Shown one piece after another: positions 10,709 through 22,199 of a stretch of DNA of 64,000 bases. The stretch spans positions 744,001 to 808,000 of the forward strand of contig JAUPSS010000009.1 in the NCBI GenBank assembly GCA_040285825.1, written 5' to 3'. Numbering within the stretch: position 1 is the stretch's first letter; each line of letters opens with the position of its first letter. This DNA is from Eukaryota sp. TZLM1-RC. Its lineage: Eukaryota > Protista > Metamonada: BaSk clade. The translations under genes and the position numbers were made by a program. The notes beneath the pieces were generated by a model that was not told the origin of the DNA, did no database searches, and saw only the letters and a list, made by a program, of their open reading frames with translations.

Positions 10709-11461
10709 ATGAAATCTACACACGTACTACATCCGTCCCTTGCTTCTATGGAAGTGGATGATGTTCTGTTGTTCCTACAACAGTGGAAGGTGTGCTCTTC
10801 TGTTACACCGAAAAAGGACCTTGTTCCAGCAAGGCTCCTCGTTGACCCCTTCTTGTTAGAATCATTGGTTCTCACAAGACCTAGGGTCGATTCATCCGAT
10901 GAGGTGTTTCTGGATCATTTAAGATCCTCCACCTCGTTTTCCTCGTACGAAGAATTCAACTTGGGGATGTCTGAGTTGAAGGTTGATGTCCGTAAGGGCG
11001 ACGTCCGTGAACGTATGTCCTGCTACCTGAGACGTTTTCTTCAGGCGAAAAGCAGGGCTTCCGGACTGAAGATGCCTGACTCAGCCTTCATGATCACGTT
11101 CGCCAAGGGTATTCTTTCATTAGGACTGCAGAAATCTCTGATTTCTCGAATTCGGGATGAGGTATTCCCCGATTTTCCTACATTGGTAAATACCGCAGAG
11201 GATGAACTACTTGATTGCACGCGAGTAGCTTCTTGGAACAGGTCTTCAAAGACTGTTTCTGAAAATACCGACTCTGTGCGTCAAGCTGGTATGAAGTCTC
11301 GTTCATCCCATAGGTCTCGCAATTTGACTGAAGGGACATGTTTCAAATGTCACCAGAAAGGTCATCTAGCTCGTGATTGCCCCTCAAAAGTTAAGCACGA
11401 AGTCAATCATTTACGCCACGTGCCTCAGTATCTCACAAATCCCCTTTCTTCATTATGCTAA
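10709..11461 (+). CDS. gag: Gag-like protein, copy 1 (intact, 250 aa)
   Basis: MKSTHV...; CX2CX4HX4C zinc knuckle. Confidence 0.8.
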   Translation: MKSTHVLHPSLASMEVDDVLLFLQQWKVCSSVTPKKDLVPARLLVDPFLLESLVLTRPRVDSSDEVFLDHLRSSTSFSSYEEFNLGMSELKVDVRKGDVRERMSCYLRRFLQAKSRASGLKMPDSAFMITFAKGILSLGLQKSLISRIRDEVFPDFPTLVNTAEDELLDCTRVASWNRSSKTVSENTDSVRQAGMKSRSSHRSRNLTEGTCFKCHQKGHLARDCPSKVKHEVNHLRHVPQYLTNPLSSLC

Positions 11462-11479
11462 ATGGTTCACGAAACTGTT

Positions 11480-11501
11480 GAAAGAAAATGGGAAGAAGTA
11501 G
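11480..11501 (+). other. Polypurine tract (present in every unit)
   Basis: GAAAGAAAATGGGAAGAAGTAG immediately before the TG of the next LTR. Confidence 0.8.
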
Positions 11502-11665
11502 TGTTGTTGTTATTGATCAACTATCTTGCTAGACAGATGAGGAATTTACATGATGACGTGGCACTTGTTCAAAAACAAGTATTTCTATTAATAAATCTCT
11601 TTTCTTTCTTTATTTCTTTGGTATTTCTGCCTAACGGCATCAATAATTATTGGCCCTCATTGCAG

Positions 11666-12418
11666 ATGAAATCTACACACGTACTACATCCTTCCCTTGC
11701 TTCTATGGAAGTGGATGATGTTCTGTTGTTCCTACAACAGTGGAAGGTGTACTTTTCTGTTACACCGAAAAAGGACCTTGTTCCAGCAAGGCTCCTCGTT
11801 GACCCCTTCTTGTTAGAATCATTGGTTCTCACAAGACCTAGGGTCGATTCATCCGATGAGGTGTTTCTGGATCATTTAAGATCCTCCACCTCGTTTTCCT
11901 CGTACGAAGAATTCAACTTGGGGATGTCTGAGTTGAAGGTTGATGTCCGTAAGGGCGACGTCCGTGAACGTATGTCCTGCTACCTGAGACGTTTTCTTCA
12001 GGCGAAAAGCAGGGCTTCCGGACTGAAACAGCCTGACTCAGCCTTCATGATCAGGTTCGCCAAGGGTATTCTTCCATTAGGACTGCAGAAATCTCTGATT
12101 TCTCGAATTCGGGATGAGGTATTCCCCGATTTTCCTACATTGGTAAATACCGCAGAGGATGAACTACTTGATTGCAAGCGAGTAGCTTCTTGGAACAGCT
12201 CTTCAAAGACTGTTTCTGAAAATACCGACTCTGTGCGTCAAGCTGGTATGAAGTCTCGTTCATCCCATAGGTCTCGCAATTTGACTGAAGGGACATGTTT
12301 CAAATGTCACCAGAAAGGTCATCTAGCTCGTGATTGCCCCTCAAAAGTTAAGCACGAAGTCAATCATTTACGCCACGTGCCTCAGTATCTCACAAATCCC
12401 CTTTCTTCATTATGCTAA
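11666..12418 (+). CDS. gag: Gag-like protein, copy 2 (intact)
   Basis: As copy 1. Confidence 0.8.
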   Translation: MKSTHVLHPSLASMEVDDVLLFLQQWKVYFSVTPKKDLVPARLLVDPFLLESLVLTRPRVDSSDEVFLDHLRSSTSFSSYEEFNLGMSELKVDVRKGDVRERMSCYLRRFLQAKSRASGLKQPDSAFMIRFAKGILPLGLQKSLISRIRDEVFPDFPTLVNTAEDELLDCKRVASWNSSSKTVSENTDSVRQAGMKSRSSHRSRNLTEGTCFKCHQKGHLARDCPSKVKHEVNHLRHVPQYLTNPLSSLC

Positions 12419-12623
12419 ATGGTTCACGAAACTGTTGAAAGAAAATGGGAAGAAGTAGTGTTGTTGTTATTGATCAACTATCTTGCTAGACAGATGAGGA
12501 ATTTACATGATGACGTGGCACTTGTTCAAAAACAAGTATTTCTATTAATAAATCTCTTTTTCTTTCTTTATTTCTTTGGTATTTCTGCCTAACGGCATCA
12601 ATAATTATTGGCCCTCATTGCAG

Positions 12624-13376
12624 ATGAAATCTACACACGTACTACATCCTTCCCTTGCTTCTATGGAAGTGGATGATGTTCTGTTGTTCCTACAACAGTG
12701 GAAGGTGTACTTTTCTGTTACACCGAAAAAGGACCTTGTTCCAGCAAGGCTCCTCGTTGACCCCTTCTTGTTAGAATCATTGGTTCTCACAAGACCTGGG
12801 GTCGATTCATCAGATGAGGTGTTTTTGGATCATTTAAGATCCTCCACCTCGTTTTCCTCGTACGAAGAATTCAACTTGGGGATGTCTGAGTTGAAGGTTG
12901 ATGTCCGTAAGGGCGACGTCCGTGAACGTATGTCCTGCTACCTGAGACGTTTTCTTCAGGCGAAAAGCAGGGCTTCCGGACTGAAACAGCCTGACTCAGC
13001 CTTCATGATCAGGTTCGCCAAGGGTATTCTTCCATTAGGACTGCAGAAATCTCTGATTTCTCGAATTCGGGATGAGGTATTCCCCGATTTTCCTACATTG
13101 GTAAATACCGCAGAGGATGAACTACTTGATTGCAAGCGAGTAGCTTCTTGGAACAGCTCTTCAAAGACTGTTTCTGAAAATACCGACTCTGTGCGTCAAG
13201 CTGGTATGAAGTCTCGTTCATCCCATAGGTCTCGCAATTTGACTGAAGGGACATGTTTCAAATGTCACCAGAAAGGTCATCTAGCTCGTGATTGCCCCTC
13301 AAAAGTTAAGCACGAAGTCAATCATTTACGCCACGTGCCTCAGTATCTCACAAATCCCCTTTCTTCATTATGCTAA
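12624..13376 (+). CDS. gag: Gag-like protein, copy 3 (intact)
   Basis: As copy 1. Confidence 0.8.
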   Translation: MKSTHVLHPSLASMEVDDVLLFLQQWKVYFSVTPKKDLVPARLLVDPFLLESLVLTRPGVDSSDEVFLDHLRSSTSFSSYEEFNLGMSELKVDVRKGDVRERMSCYLRRFLQAKSRASGLKQPDSAFMIRFAKGILPLGLQKSLISRIRDEVFPDFPTLVNTAEDELLDCKRVASWNSSSKTVSENTDSVRQAGMKSRSSHRSRNLTEGTCFKCHQKGHLARDCPSKVKHEVNHLRHVPQYLTNPLSSLC

Positions 13377-13580
13377 ATGGTTCACGAAACTGTTGAAAGA
13401 AAATGGGAAGAAGTAGTGTTGTTGTTACTGATTAACTATCTTGCTAGACAGATGAGGAATTTAAATGATGACGTGGCACTTGTTCAAAAACAAGTATTTC
13501 TATTAATAAATCTCTTTTCTTTCTTTATTTCTTTGGTATTTCTGCCTAACGGCATCAATAATTATTGGCCCTCATTGCAG

Positions 13581-14333
13581 ATGAAATCTACACACGTACT
13601 ACATCCGTCCCTTGCTTCTATGGAAGTGGATGATGTTCTGTTGTTCCTACAACAGTGGAAGGTGTACTCTTCTGTTACACCGAAAAAGGACCTTGTTCCA
13701 GCAAGGCTCCTCGTTGACCCCTTCTTGTTAGAATCATTGGTTCTCACAAGACCTAGGGTCGATTCATCAGATGAGGTGTTTTTGGATCATTTAAGATCCT
13801 CCACCTCGTTTTCCTCGTACGAAGAATTCAACTTGGGGATGTCTGAGTTGAAGGTTGATGTCCGTAAGGGCGACGTCCGTGAACGTATGTCCTGCTACCT
13901 GAGACGTTTTCTTCAGGCGAAAAGCAGGGCTTCCGGACTGAAACAGCCTGACTCAGCCTTCATGATCAGGTTCGCCAAGGGTATTCTTCCATTAGGACTG
14001 CAGAAATCTCTGATTTCTCGAATTCGGGATGAGGTATTCCCCGATTTTCCTACATTGGTAAATACCGCAGAGGATGAACTACTTGATTGCAAGCGAGTAG
14101 CTTCTTGGAACAGCTCTTCAAAGACTGTTTCTGAAAATACCGACTCTGTGCGTCAAGCTGGTATGAAGTCTCGTTCATCCCATAGGTCTCGCAATTTGAC
14201 TGAAGGGACATGTTTCAAATGTCACCAGAAAGGTCATCTAGCTCGTGATTGCCCCTCAAAAGTTAAGCACGAAGTCAATCATTTACGCCACGTGCCTCAG
14301 TATCTCACAAATCCCCTTTCTTCATTATGCTAA
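13581..14333 (+). CDS. gag: Gag-like protein, copy 4 (intact)
   Basis: As copy 1. Confidence 0.8.
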   Translation: MKSTHVLHPSLASMEVDDVLLFLQQWKVYSSVTPKKDLVPARLLVDPFLLESLVLTRPRVDSSDEVFLDHLRSSTSFSSYEEFNLGMSELKVDVRKGDVRERMSCYLRRFLQAKSRASGLKQPDSAFMIRFAKGILPLGLQKSLISRIRDEVFPDFPTLVNTAEDELLDCKRVASWNSSSKTVSENTDSVRQAGMKSRSSHRSRNLTEGTCFKCHQKGHLARDCPSKVKHEVNHLRHVPQYLTNPLSSLC

Positions 14334-14537
14334 ATGGTTCACGAAACTGTTGAAAGAAAATGGGAAGAAGTAGTGTTGTTGTTACTGATTAACTATCTTG
14401 CTAGACAGATGAGGAATTTAAATGATGACGTGGCACTTGTTCAAAAACAAGTATTTCTATTAATAAATCTCTTTTCTTTCTTTATTTCTTTGGTATTTCT
14501 GCCTAACGGCATCAATAATTATTGGCCCTCATTGCAG

Positions 14538-15290
14538 ATGAAATCTACACACGTACTACATCCGTCCCTTGCTTCTATGGAAGTGGATGATGTTCTGTTG
14601 TTCCTACAACAGTGGAAGGTGTACTCTTCTGTTACACCGAAAAAGGACCTTGTTCCAGCAAGGCTCCTCGTTGACCCCTTCTTGTTAGAATCATTGGTTC
14701 TCACAAGACCTAGGGTCGATTCATCAGATGAGGTGTTTTTGGATCATTTAAGATCCTCCACCTCGTTTTCCTCGTACGAAGAATTCAACTTGGGGATGTC
14801 TGAGTTGAAGGTTGATGTCCGTAAGGGCGACGTCCGTGAACGTATGTCCTGCTACCTGAGACGTTTTCTTCAGGCGAAAAGCAGGGCTTCCGGACTGAAA
14901 CAGCCTGACTCAGCCTTCATGATCAGGTTCGCCAAGGGTATTCTTCCATTAGGACTGCAGAAATCTCTGATTTCTCGAATTCGGGATGAGGTATTCCCCG
15001 ATTTTCCTACATTGGTAAATACCGCAGAGGATGAACTACTTGATTGCACGCGAGTAGCTTCTTGGAACAGCTCTTCAAAGACTGTTTCTGAAAATACCGA
15101 CTCTGTGCGTCAAGCTGGTATGAAGTCTCGTTCATCCCATAGGTCTCGCAATTTGACTGAAGGGACATGTTTCAAATGTCACCAGAAAGGTCATCTAGCT
15201 CGTGATTGCCCCTCAAAAGTTAAGCACGAAGTCAATCATTTACGCCACGTGCCTCAGTATCTCACAAATCCCCTTTCTTCATTATGCTAA
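14538..15290 (+). CDS. gag: Gag-like protein, copy 5 (intact)
   Basis: As copy 1. Confidence 0.8.
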   Translation: MKSTHVLHPSLASMEVDDVLLFLQQWKVYSSVTPKKDLVPARLLVDPFLLESLVLTRPRVDSSDEVFLDHLRSSTSFSSYEEFNLGMSELKVDVRKGDVRERMSCYLRRFLQAKSRASGLKQPDSAFMIRFAKGILPLGLQKSLISRIRDEVFPDFPTLVNTAEDELLDCTRVASWNSSSKTVSENTDSVRQAGMKSRSSHRSRNLTEGTCFKCHQKGHLARDCPSKVKHEVNHLRHVPQYLTNPLSSLC

Positions 15291-15495
15291 ATGGTTCACG
15301 AAACTGTTGAAAGAAAATGGGAAGAAGTAGTGTTGTTGTTACTGATTAACTATCTTGCTAGACAGATGAGGAATTTAAATGATGACGTGGCACTTGTTCA
15401 AAAACAAGTATTTCTATTAATAAATCTCTTTTCTTTCTTTATTTCTTTTGGTATTTCTGCCTAACGGCATCAATAATTATTGGCCCTCATTGCAG

Positions 15496-16247
15496 ATGAA
15501 ATCTACACACGTACTACATCCGTCCCTTGCTTCTATGGAAGTGGATGATGTTCTGTTGTTCCTACAACAGTGGAAGGTGTACTCTTCTGTTACACCGAAA
15601 AAGGACCTTGTTCCAGCAAGGCTCCTCGTTGACCCCTTCTTGTTAGAATCATTGGTTCTCACAAGACCTAGGGTCGATTCATCCGATGAGGTGTTTCTGG
15701 ATCATTTAAGATCCTCCACCTCGTTTTCCTCGTACGAAGAATTCAACTTGGGGATGTCTGAGTTGAAGGTTGATGTCCGTAAGGGCGACGTCCGTGAACG
15801 TATGTCCTGCTACCTGAGACGTTTTCTTCAGGCGAAAAGCAGGGCTTCCGGACTGAAGATGCCTGACTCAGCCTTCATGATCACGTTCGCCAAGGGTATT
15901 CTTTCATTAGGACTGCAGAAATCTCTGATTTCTCGAATTCGGGATGAGGTATTCCCGATTTTCCTACATTGGTAAATACCGCAGAGGATGAACTACTTGA
16001 TTGCACGCGAGTAGCTTCTTGGAACAGGTCTTCAAAGACTGTTTCTGAAAATACCGACTCTGTGCGTCAAGCTGGTATGAAGTCTCGTTCATCCCATAGG
16101 TCTCGCAATTTGACTGAAGGGACATGTTTCAAATGTCACCAGAAAGGTCATCTAGCTCGTGATTGCCCCTCAAAAGTTAAGCACGAAGTCAATCATTTAC
16201 GCCACGTGCCTCAGTATCTCACAAATCCCCTTTCTTCATTATGCTAA
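15496..16247 (+). pseudogene. gag: Gag copy 6, frameshifted as assembled
   Basis: 1-nt loss in a C-run near 15955. Confidence 0.65.
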
Positions 16248-16451
16248 ATGGTTCACGAAACTGTTGAAAGAAAATGGGAAGAAGTAGTGTTGTTGTTACT
16301 GATTAACTATCTTGCTAGACAGATGAGGAATTTAAATGATGACGTGGCACTTGTTCAAAAACAAGTATTTCTATTAATAAATCTCTTTTCTTTCTTTATT
16401 TCTTTGGTATTTCAGCCTAACGGCATCAATAATTATTGGCCCTCATTGCAG

Positions 16452-17204
16452 ATGAAATCTACACACGTACTACATCCGTCCCTTGCTTCTATGGAAGTGG
16501 ATGATGTTCTGTTGTTCCTACAACAGTGGAAGGTGTACTCTTCTGTTACACCGAAAAAGGACCTTGTTCCAGCAAGGCTCCTCGTTGACCCCTTCTTGTT
16601 AGAATCATTGGTTCTCACAAGACCTAGGGTCGATTCATCCGATGAGGTGTTTCTGGATCATTTAAGATCCTCCACCTCGTTTTCCTCGTACGAAGAATTC
16701 AACTTGGGGATGTCTGAGTTGAAGGTTGATGTCCGTAAGGGCGACGTCCGTGAACGTATGTCCTGCTACCTGAGACGTTTTCTTCAGGCGAAAAGCAGGG
16801 CTTCCGGACTGAAACAGCCTGACTCAGCCTTCATGATCACGTTCGCCAAGGGTATTCTTTCATTAGGACTGCAGAAATCTCTGATTTCTCGAATTCGGGA
16901 TGAGGTATTCCCCGATTTTCCTACATTGGTAAATACCGCAGAGGATGAACTACTTGATTGCACGCGAGTAGCTTCTTGGAACAGGTCTTCAAAGACTGTT
17001 TCTGAAAATACCGACTCTGTGCGTCAAGCTGGTATGAAGTCTCGTTCATCCCATAGGTCTCGCAATTTGACTGAAGGGACATGTTTCAAATGTCACCAGA
17101 AAGGTCATCTAGCTCGTGATTGCCCCTCAAAAGTTAAGCACGAAGTCAATCATTTACGCCACGTGCCTCAGTATCTCACAAATCCCCTTTCTTCATTATG
17201 CTAA
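16452..17204 (+). CDS. gag: Gag-like protein, copy 7 (intact)
   Basis: As copy 1. Confidence 0.8.
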   Translation: MKSTHVLHPSLASMEVDDVLLFLQQWKVYSSVTPKKDLVPARLLVDPFLLESLVLTRPRVDSSDEVFLDHLRSSTSFSSYEEFNLGMSELKVDVRKGDVRERMSCYLRRFLQAKSRASGLKQPDSAFMITFAKGILSLGLQKSLISRIRDEVFPDFPTLVNTAEDELLDCTRVASWNRSSKTVSENTDSVRQAGMKSRSSHRSRNLTEGTCFKCHQKGHLARDCPSKVKHEVNHLRHVPQYLTNPLSSLC

Positions 17205-17408
17205 ATGGTTCACGAAACTGTTGAAAGAAAATGGGAAGAAGTAGTGTTGTTGTTACTGATTAACTATTTTGCTAGACAGATGAGGAATTTAAATGATGAC
17301 GTGGCACTTGTTCAAAAACAAGTATTTCTATTAATAAATCTCTTTTCTTTCTTTATTTCTTTGGTATTTCTGCCTAACGGCATCAATAATTATTGGCCCT
17401 CATTGCAG

Positions 17409-18160
17409 ATGAAATCTACACACGTAATACATCCGTCCCTTGCTTCTATGGAAGTGGATGATGTTCTGTTGTTCCTACAACAGTGGAAGGTGTACTCTTC
17501 TGTTACACCGAAAAAGGACCTTGTTCCAGCAAGGCTCCTCGTTGACCCCTTCTTGTTAGAATCATTGGTTCTCACAAGACCTGGGGTCGATTCATCCGAT
17601 GAGGTGTTTCTGGATCATTTAAGATCCTCCACCTCGTTTTCCTCGTACGAAGAATTCAACTTGGGGATGTCTGAGTTGAAGGTTGATGTCCGTAAGGGCG
17701 ACGTCCGTGAACGTATGTCCTGCTACCTGAGACGTTTTCTTCAGGCGAAAAGCAGGGCTTCCGGACTGAAGATGCCTGACTCAGCCTTCATGATCACGTT
17801 CGCCAAGGGTATTCTTTCATTAGGACTGCAGAAATCTCTGATTTCTCGAATTCGGGATGAGGTATTCCCCGATTTTCCTACATTGGTAAATACCGCAGAG
17901 GATGAACTACTTGATTGCACGCGAGTAGCTTCTTGGAACAGGTCTTCAAAGACTGTTTCTGAAAATACCGACTCTGTGCGTCAAGCTGGTATGAAGTCTC
18001 GTTCATCCCATAGGTCTCGCAATTTGACTGAAGGGACATGTTTCAAATGTCACCAGAAAGGTCATCTAGCTCGTGATTGCCCTCAAAAGTTAAGCACGAA
18101 GTCAATCATTTACGCCACGTGCCTCAGTATCTCACAAATCCCCTTTCTTCATTATGCTAA
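17409..18160 (+). pseudogene. gag: Gag copy 8, frameshift after the knuckle as assembled
   Basis: 1-nt loss in a C-run near 18080. Confidence 0.65.
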
Positions 18161-18364
18161 ATGGTTCACGAAACTGTTGAAAGAAAATGGGAAGAAGTAG
18201 TGTTGTTGTTACTGATCAACTATCTTGCTAGACAGATGAGTAATTTACATGATGACGTGGCACTTGTTCAAAAACAAGTATTTCTATTAATAAATCTCTT
18301 TTCTTTCTTTATTTCTTTGGTATTTCTGCCTAACGGCATCAATAATTATTGGCCCTCATTGCAG

Positions 18365-19117
18365 ATGAAATCTACACACGTACTACATCCTTCCCTTGCT
18401 TCTATGGAAGTGGATGATGTTCTGTTGTTCCTACAACAGTGGAAGGTGTACTTTTCTGTTACACCGAAAAAGGACCTTGTTCCAGCAAGGCTCCTCGTTG
18501 ACCCCTTCTTGTTAGAATCATTGGTTCTCACAAGACCTGGGGTCGATTCATCAGATGAGGTGTTTTTGGATCATTTAAGATCCTCCACCTCGTTTTCCTC
18601 GTACGAAGAATTCAACTTGGGGATGTCTGAGTTGAAGGTTGATGTCCGTAAGGGCGACGTCCGTGAACGTATGTCCTGCTACCTGAGACGTTTTCTTCAG
18701 GCGAAAAGCAGGGCTTCCGGACTGAAACAGCCTGACTCAGCCTTCATGATCAGGTTCGCCAAGGGTATTCTTCCATTAGGACTGCAGAAATCTCTGATTT
18801 CTCGAATTCGGGATGAGGTATTCCCCGATTTTTCTACATTGGTAAATACCGCAGAGGATGAACTACTTGATTGCAAGCGAGTAGCTTCTTGGAACAGCTC
18901 TTCAAAGACTGTTTCTGAAAATACCGACTCTGTGCGTCAAGCTGGTATGAAGTCTCGTTCATCCCATAGGTCTCGCAATTTGACTGAAGGGACATGTTTC
19001 AAATGTCACCAGAAAGGTCATCTAGCTCGTGATTGCCCCTCAAAAGTTAAGCACGAAGTCAATCATTTACGCCACGTGCCTCAGTATCTCACAAATCCCC
19101 TTTCTTCATTATGCTAA
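18365..19117 (+). CDS. gag: Gag-like protein, copy 9 (intact)
   Basis: As copy 1. Confidence 0.8.
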   Translation: MKSTHVLHPSLASMEVDDVLLFLQQWKVYFSVTPKKDLVPARLLVDPFLLESLVLTRPGVDSSDEVFLDHLRSSTSFSSYEEFNLGMSELKVDVRKGDVRERMSCYLRRFLQAKSRASGLKQPDSAFMIRFAKGILPLGLQKSLISRIRDEVFPDFSTLVNTAEDELLDCKRVASWNSSSKTVSENTDSVRQAGMKSRSSHRSRNLTEGTCFKCHQKGHLARDCPSKVKHEVNHLRHVPQYLTNPLSSLC

Positions 19118-19321
19118 ATGGTTCACGAAACTGTTGAAAGAAAATGGGAAGAAGTAGTGTTGTTGTTACTGATTAACTATCTTGCTAGACAGATGAGGAA
19201 TTTAAATGATGACGTGGCACTTGTTCAAAAACAAGTATTTCTATTAATAAATCTCTTTTCTTTCTTTATTTCTTTGGTATTTCTGCCTAACGGCATCAAT
19301 AATTATTTGCCCTCATTGCAG

Positions 19322-20074
19322 ATGAAATCTACACACGTACTACATCCGTCCCTTGCTTCTATGGAAGTGGATGATGTTCTGTTGTTCCTACAACAGTGGA
19401 AGGTGTACTCTTCTGTTACACCGAAAAAGGACCTTGTTCCAGCAAGGCTCCTCGTTGACCCCTTCTTGTTAGAATCATTGGTTCTCACAAGACCTAGGGT
19501 CGATTCATCCGATGAGGTGTTTCTGGATCATTTAAGATCCTCCACCTCGTTTTCCTCGTACGAAGAATTCAACTTGGGGATGTCTGAGTTGAAGGTTGAT
19601 GTCCGTAAGGGCGACGTCCGTGAACGTATGTCCTGCTACCTGAGACGTTTTCTTCAGGCGAAAAGCAGGGCTTCCGGACTGAAACAGCCTGACTCAGCCT
19701 TCATGATCACGTTCGCCAAGGGTATTCTTCCATTAGTACTGCAGAAATCTCTGATTTCTCGAATTCGGGATGAGGTATTCCCCGATTTTCCTACATTGGT
19801 AAATACCGCAGAGGATGAACTACTTGATTGCACGCGAGTAGCTTCTTGGAACAGGTCTTCAAAGACTGTTTCTGAAAATACCGACTCTGTGCGTCAAGCT
19901 GGTATGAAGTCTCGTTCATCCCATAGGTCTCGCAATTTGACTGAAGGGACATGTTTCAAATGTCACCAGAAAGGTCATCTAGCTCGTGATTGCCCCTCAA
20001 AAGTTAAGCACGAAGTCAATCATTTACGCCACGTGCCTCAGTATCTCACAAATCCCCTTTCTTCATTATGCTAA
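19322..20074 (+). CDS. gag: Gag-like protein, copy 10 (intact)
   Basis: As copy 1. Confidence 0.8.
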   Translation: MKSTHVLHPSLASMEVDDVLLFLQQWKVYSSVTPKKDLVPARLLVDPFLLESLVLTRPRVDSSDEVFLDHLRSSTSFSSYEEFNLGMSELKVDVRKGDVRERMSCYLRRFLQAKSRASGLKQPDSAFMITFAKGILPLVLQKSLISRIRDEVFPDFPTLVNTAEDELLDCTRVASWNRSSKTVSENTDSVRQAGMKSRSSHRSRNLTEGTCFKCHQKGHLARDCPSKVKHEVNHLRHVPQYLTNPLSSLC

Positions 20075-20278
20075 ATGGTTCACGAAACTGTTGAAAGAAA
20101 ATGGGAAGAAGTAGTGTTGTTGTTACTGATCAACTATCTTGCTAGACAGATGAGGAATTTACATGATGACGTGGCACTTGTTCAAAAACAAGTATTTCTA
20201 TTAATAAATCTCTTTTCTTTCTTTATTTCTTTGGTATTTCTGCCTAACGGCATCAATAATTATTGGCCCTCATTGCAG

Positions 20279-21033
20279 ATGAAATCTACACACGTACTAC
20301 ATCCTTCCCTTGCTTCTATGGAAGTGGATGATGTTCTGTTGTTCCTACAACAGTGGAAGGTGTACTTTTCTGTTACACCGAAAAAGGACCTTGTTCCAGC
20401 AAGGCTCCTCGTTGACCCCTTCTTGTTAGAATCATTGGTTCTCACAAGACCTGGGGTCGATTCATCAGATGAGGTGTTTTTGGATCATTTAAGATCCTCC
20501 ACCTCGTTTTCCTCGTACGAAGAATTCAACTTGGGGATGTCTGAGTTGAAGGTTGATGTCCGTAAGGGCGACGTCCGTGAACGTATGTCCTGCTACCTGA
20601 GACGTTTTTCTTCAGGCGAAAAGCAGGGCTTCCGGACTGAAACAGCCTGACTCAGCCTTCATGATCAGGTTCGCCAAGGGTATTCTTCCATTAGGACTGC
20701 AGAAATCTCTGATTTCTCGAATTCGGGATGAGGTATTCCCCGATTTTCCTACATTGGTAAATACCGCAGAGGATGAACTACTTGATTGCACGCGAGTAGC
20801 TTCTTGGAACAGCTCTTCAAAGACTGTTTCTGAAAATACCGACTCTGTGCGTCAAGCTGGTATGAAGTCTCGTTCATCCCATAGGTCTCGCAATTTGACT
20901 GAAGGGACATGTTTCAAATGTCACCAGAAAGGTCATCTAGCTCGTGATTGCCCCTCAAAAAGTTAAGCACGAAGTCAATCATTTACGCCACGTGCCTCAG
21001 TATCTCACAAATCCCCTTTCTTCATTATGCTAA
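20279..21033 (+). pseudogene. gag: Gag copy 11, frameshifted as assembled
   Basis: +1 in a T-run near 20607 and +1 in an A-run near 20958. Confidence 0.65.
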
Positions 21034-21239
21034 ATGGTTCACGAAACTGTTGAAAGAAAAATGGGAAGAAGTAGTGTTGTTGTTACTGATTAACTATCTT
21101 GCTAGACAGATGAGGAATTTAAATGATGACGTGGCACTTGTTCAAAAACAAGTATTTCTATTAATAAATCTCTTTTCTTTCTTTATTTCTTTTGGTATTT
21201 CTGCCTAACGGCATCAATAATTATTGGCCCTCATTGCAG

Positions 21240-21992
21240 ATGAAATCTACACACGTACTACATCCGTCCCTTGCTTCTATGGAAGTGGATGATGTTCTGT
21301 TGTTCCTACAACAGTGGAAGGTGTACTCTTCTGTTACACCGAAAAAGGACCTTGTTCCAGCAAGGCTCCTCGTTGACCCCTTCTTGTTAGAATCATTGGT
21401 TCTCACAAGACCTGGGGTCGATTCATCCGATGAGGTGTTTCTGGATCATTTAAGATCCTCCACCTCGTTTTCCTCGTACGAAGAATTCAACTTGGGGATG
21501 TCTGAGTTGAAGGTTGATGTCCGTAAGGGCGACGTCCGTGAACGTATGTCCTGCTACCTGAGACGTTTTCTTCAGGCGAAAAGCAGGGCTTCCGGACTGA
21601 AACAGCCTGACTCAGCCTTCATGATCAGGTTCGCCAAGGGTATTCTTCCATTAGGACTGCAGAAATCTCTGATTTCTCGAATTCGGGATGAGGTATTCCC
21701 GATTTTCCTACATTGGTAAATACCGCAGAGGATGAACTACTTGATTGCACGCGAGTAGCTTCTTGGAACAGCTCTTCAAAGACTGTTTCTGAAAATACCG
21801 ACTCTGTGCGTCAAGCTGGTATGAAGTCTCGTTCATCCCATAGGTCTCGCAATTTGACTGAAGGGACATGTTTCCAAATGTCACCAGAAAGGTCATCTAG
21901 CTCGTGATTGCCCCTCAAAAGTTAAGCACGAAGTCAATCATTTACGCCACGTGCCTCAGTATCTCACAAATCCCCTTTCTTCATTATGCTAA
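21240..21992 (+). pseudogene. gag: Gag copy 12, frameshifted as assembled
   Basis: -1 near 21700 and +1 near 21875. Confidence 0.65.
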
Positions 21993-22199
21993 ATGGTTCA
22001 CGAAACTGTTGAAAGAAAAATGGGAAGAAGTAGTGTTGTTGTTACTGATTAACTATCTTGCTAGACAGATGAGGAATTTAAATGATGACGTGGCACTTGT
22101 TCAAAAACAAGTATTTCTATTAATAAATCTCTTTTTCTTTCTTTATTTCTTTTGGTATTTCTGCCTAACGGCATCAATAATTATTGGCCCTCATTGCAG

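Noticed and set aside
10690-10875. 61-aa antisense ORF repeated in each unit
   Set aside because: Short, non-ATG start, shadow of the gag frame; it recurs only because the unit does
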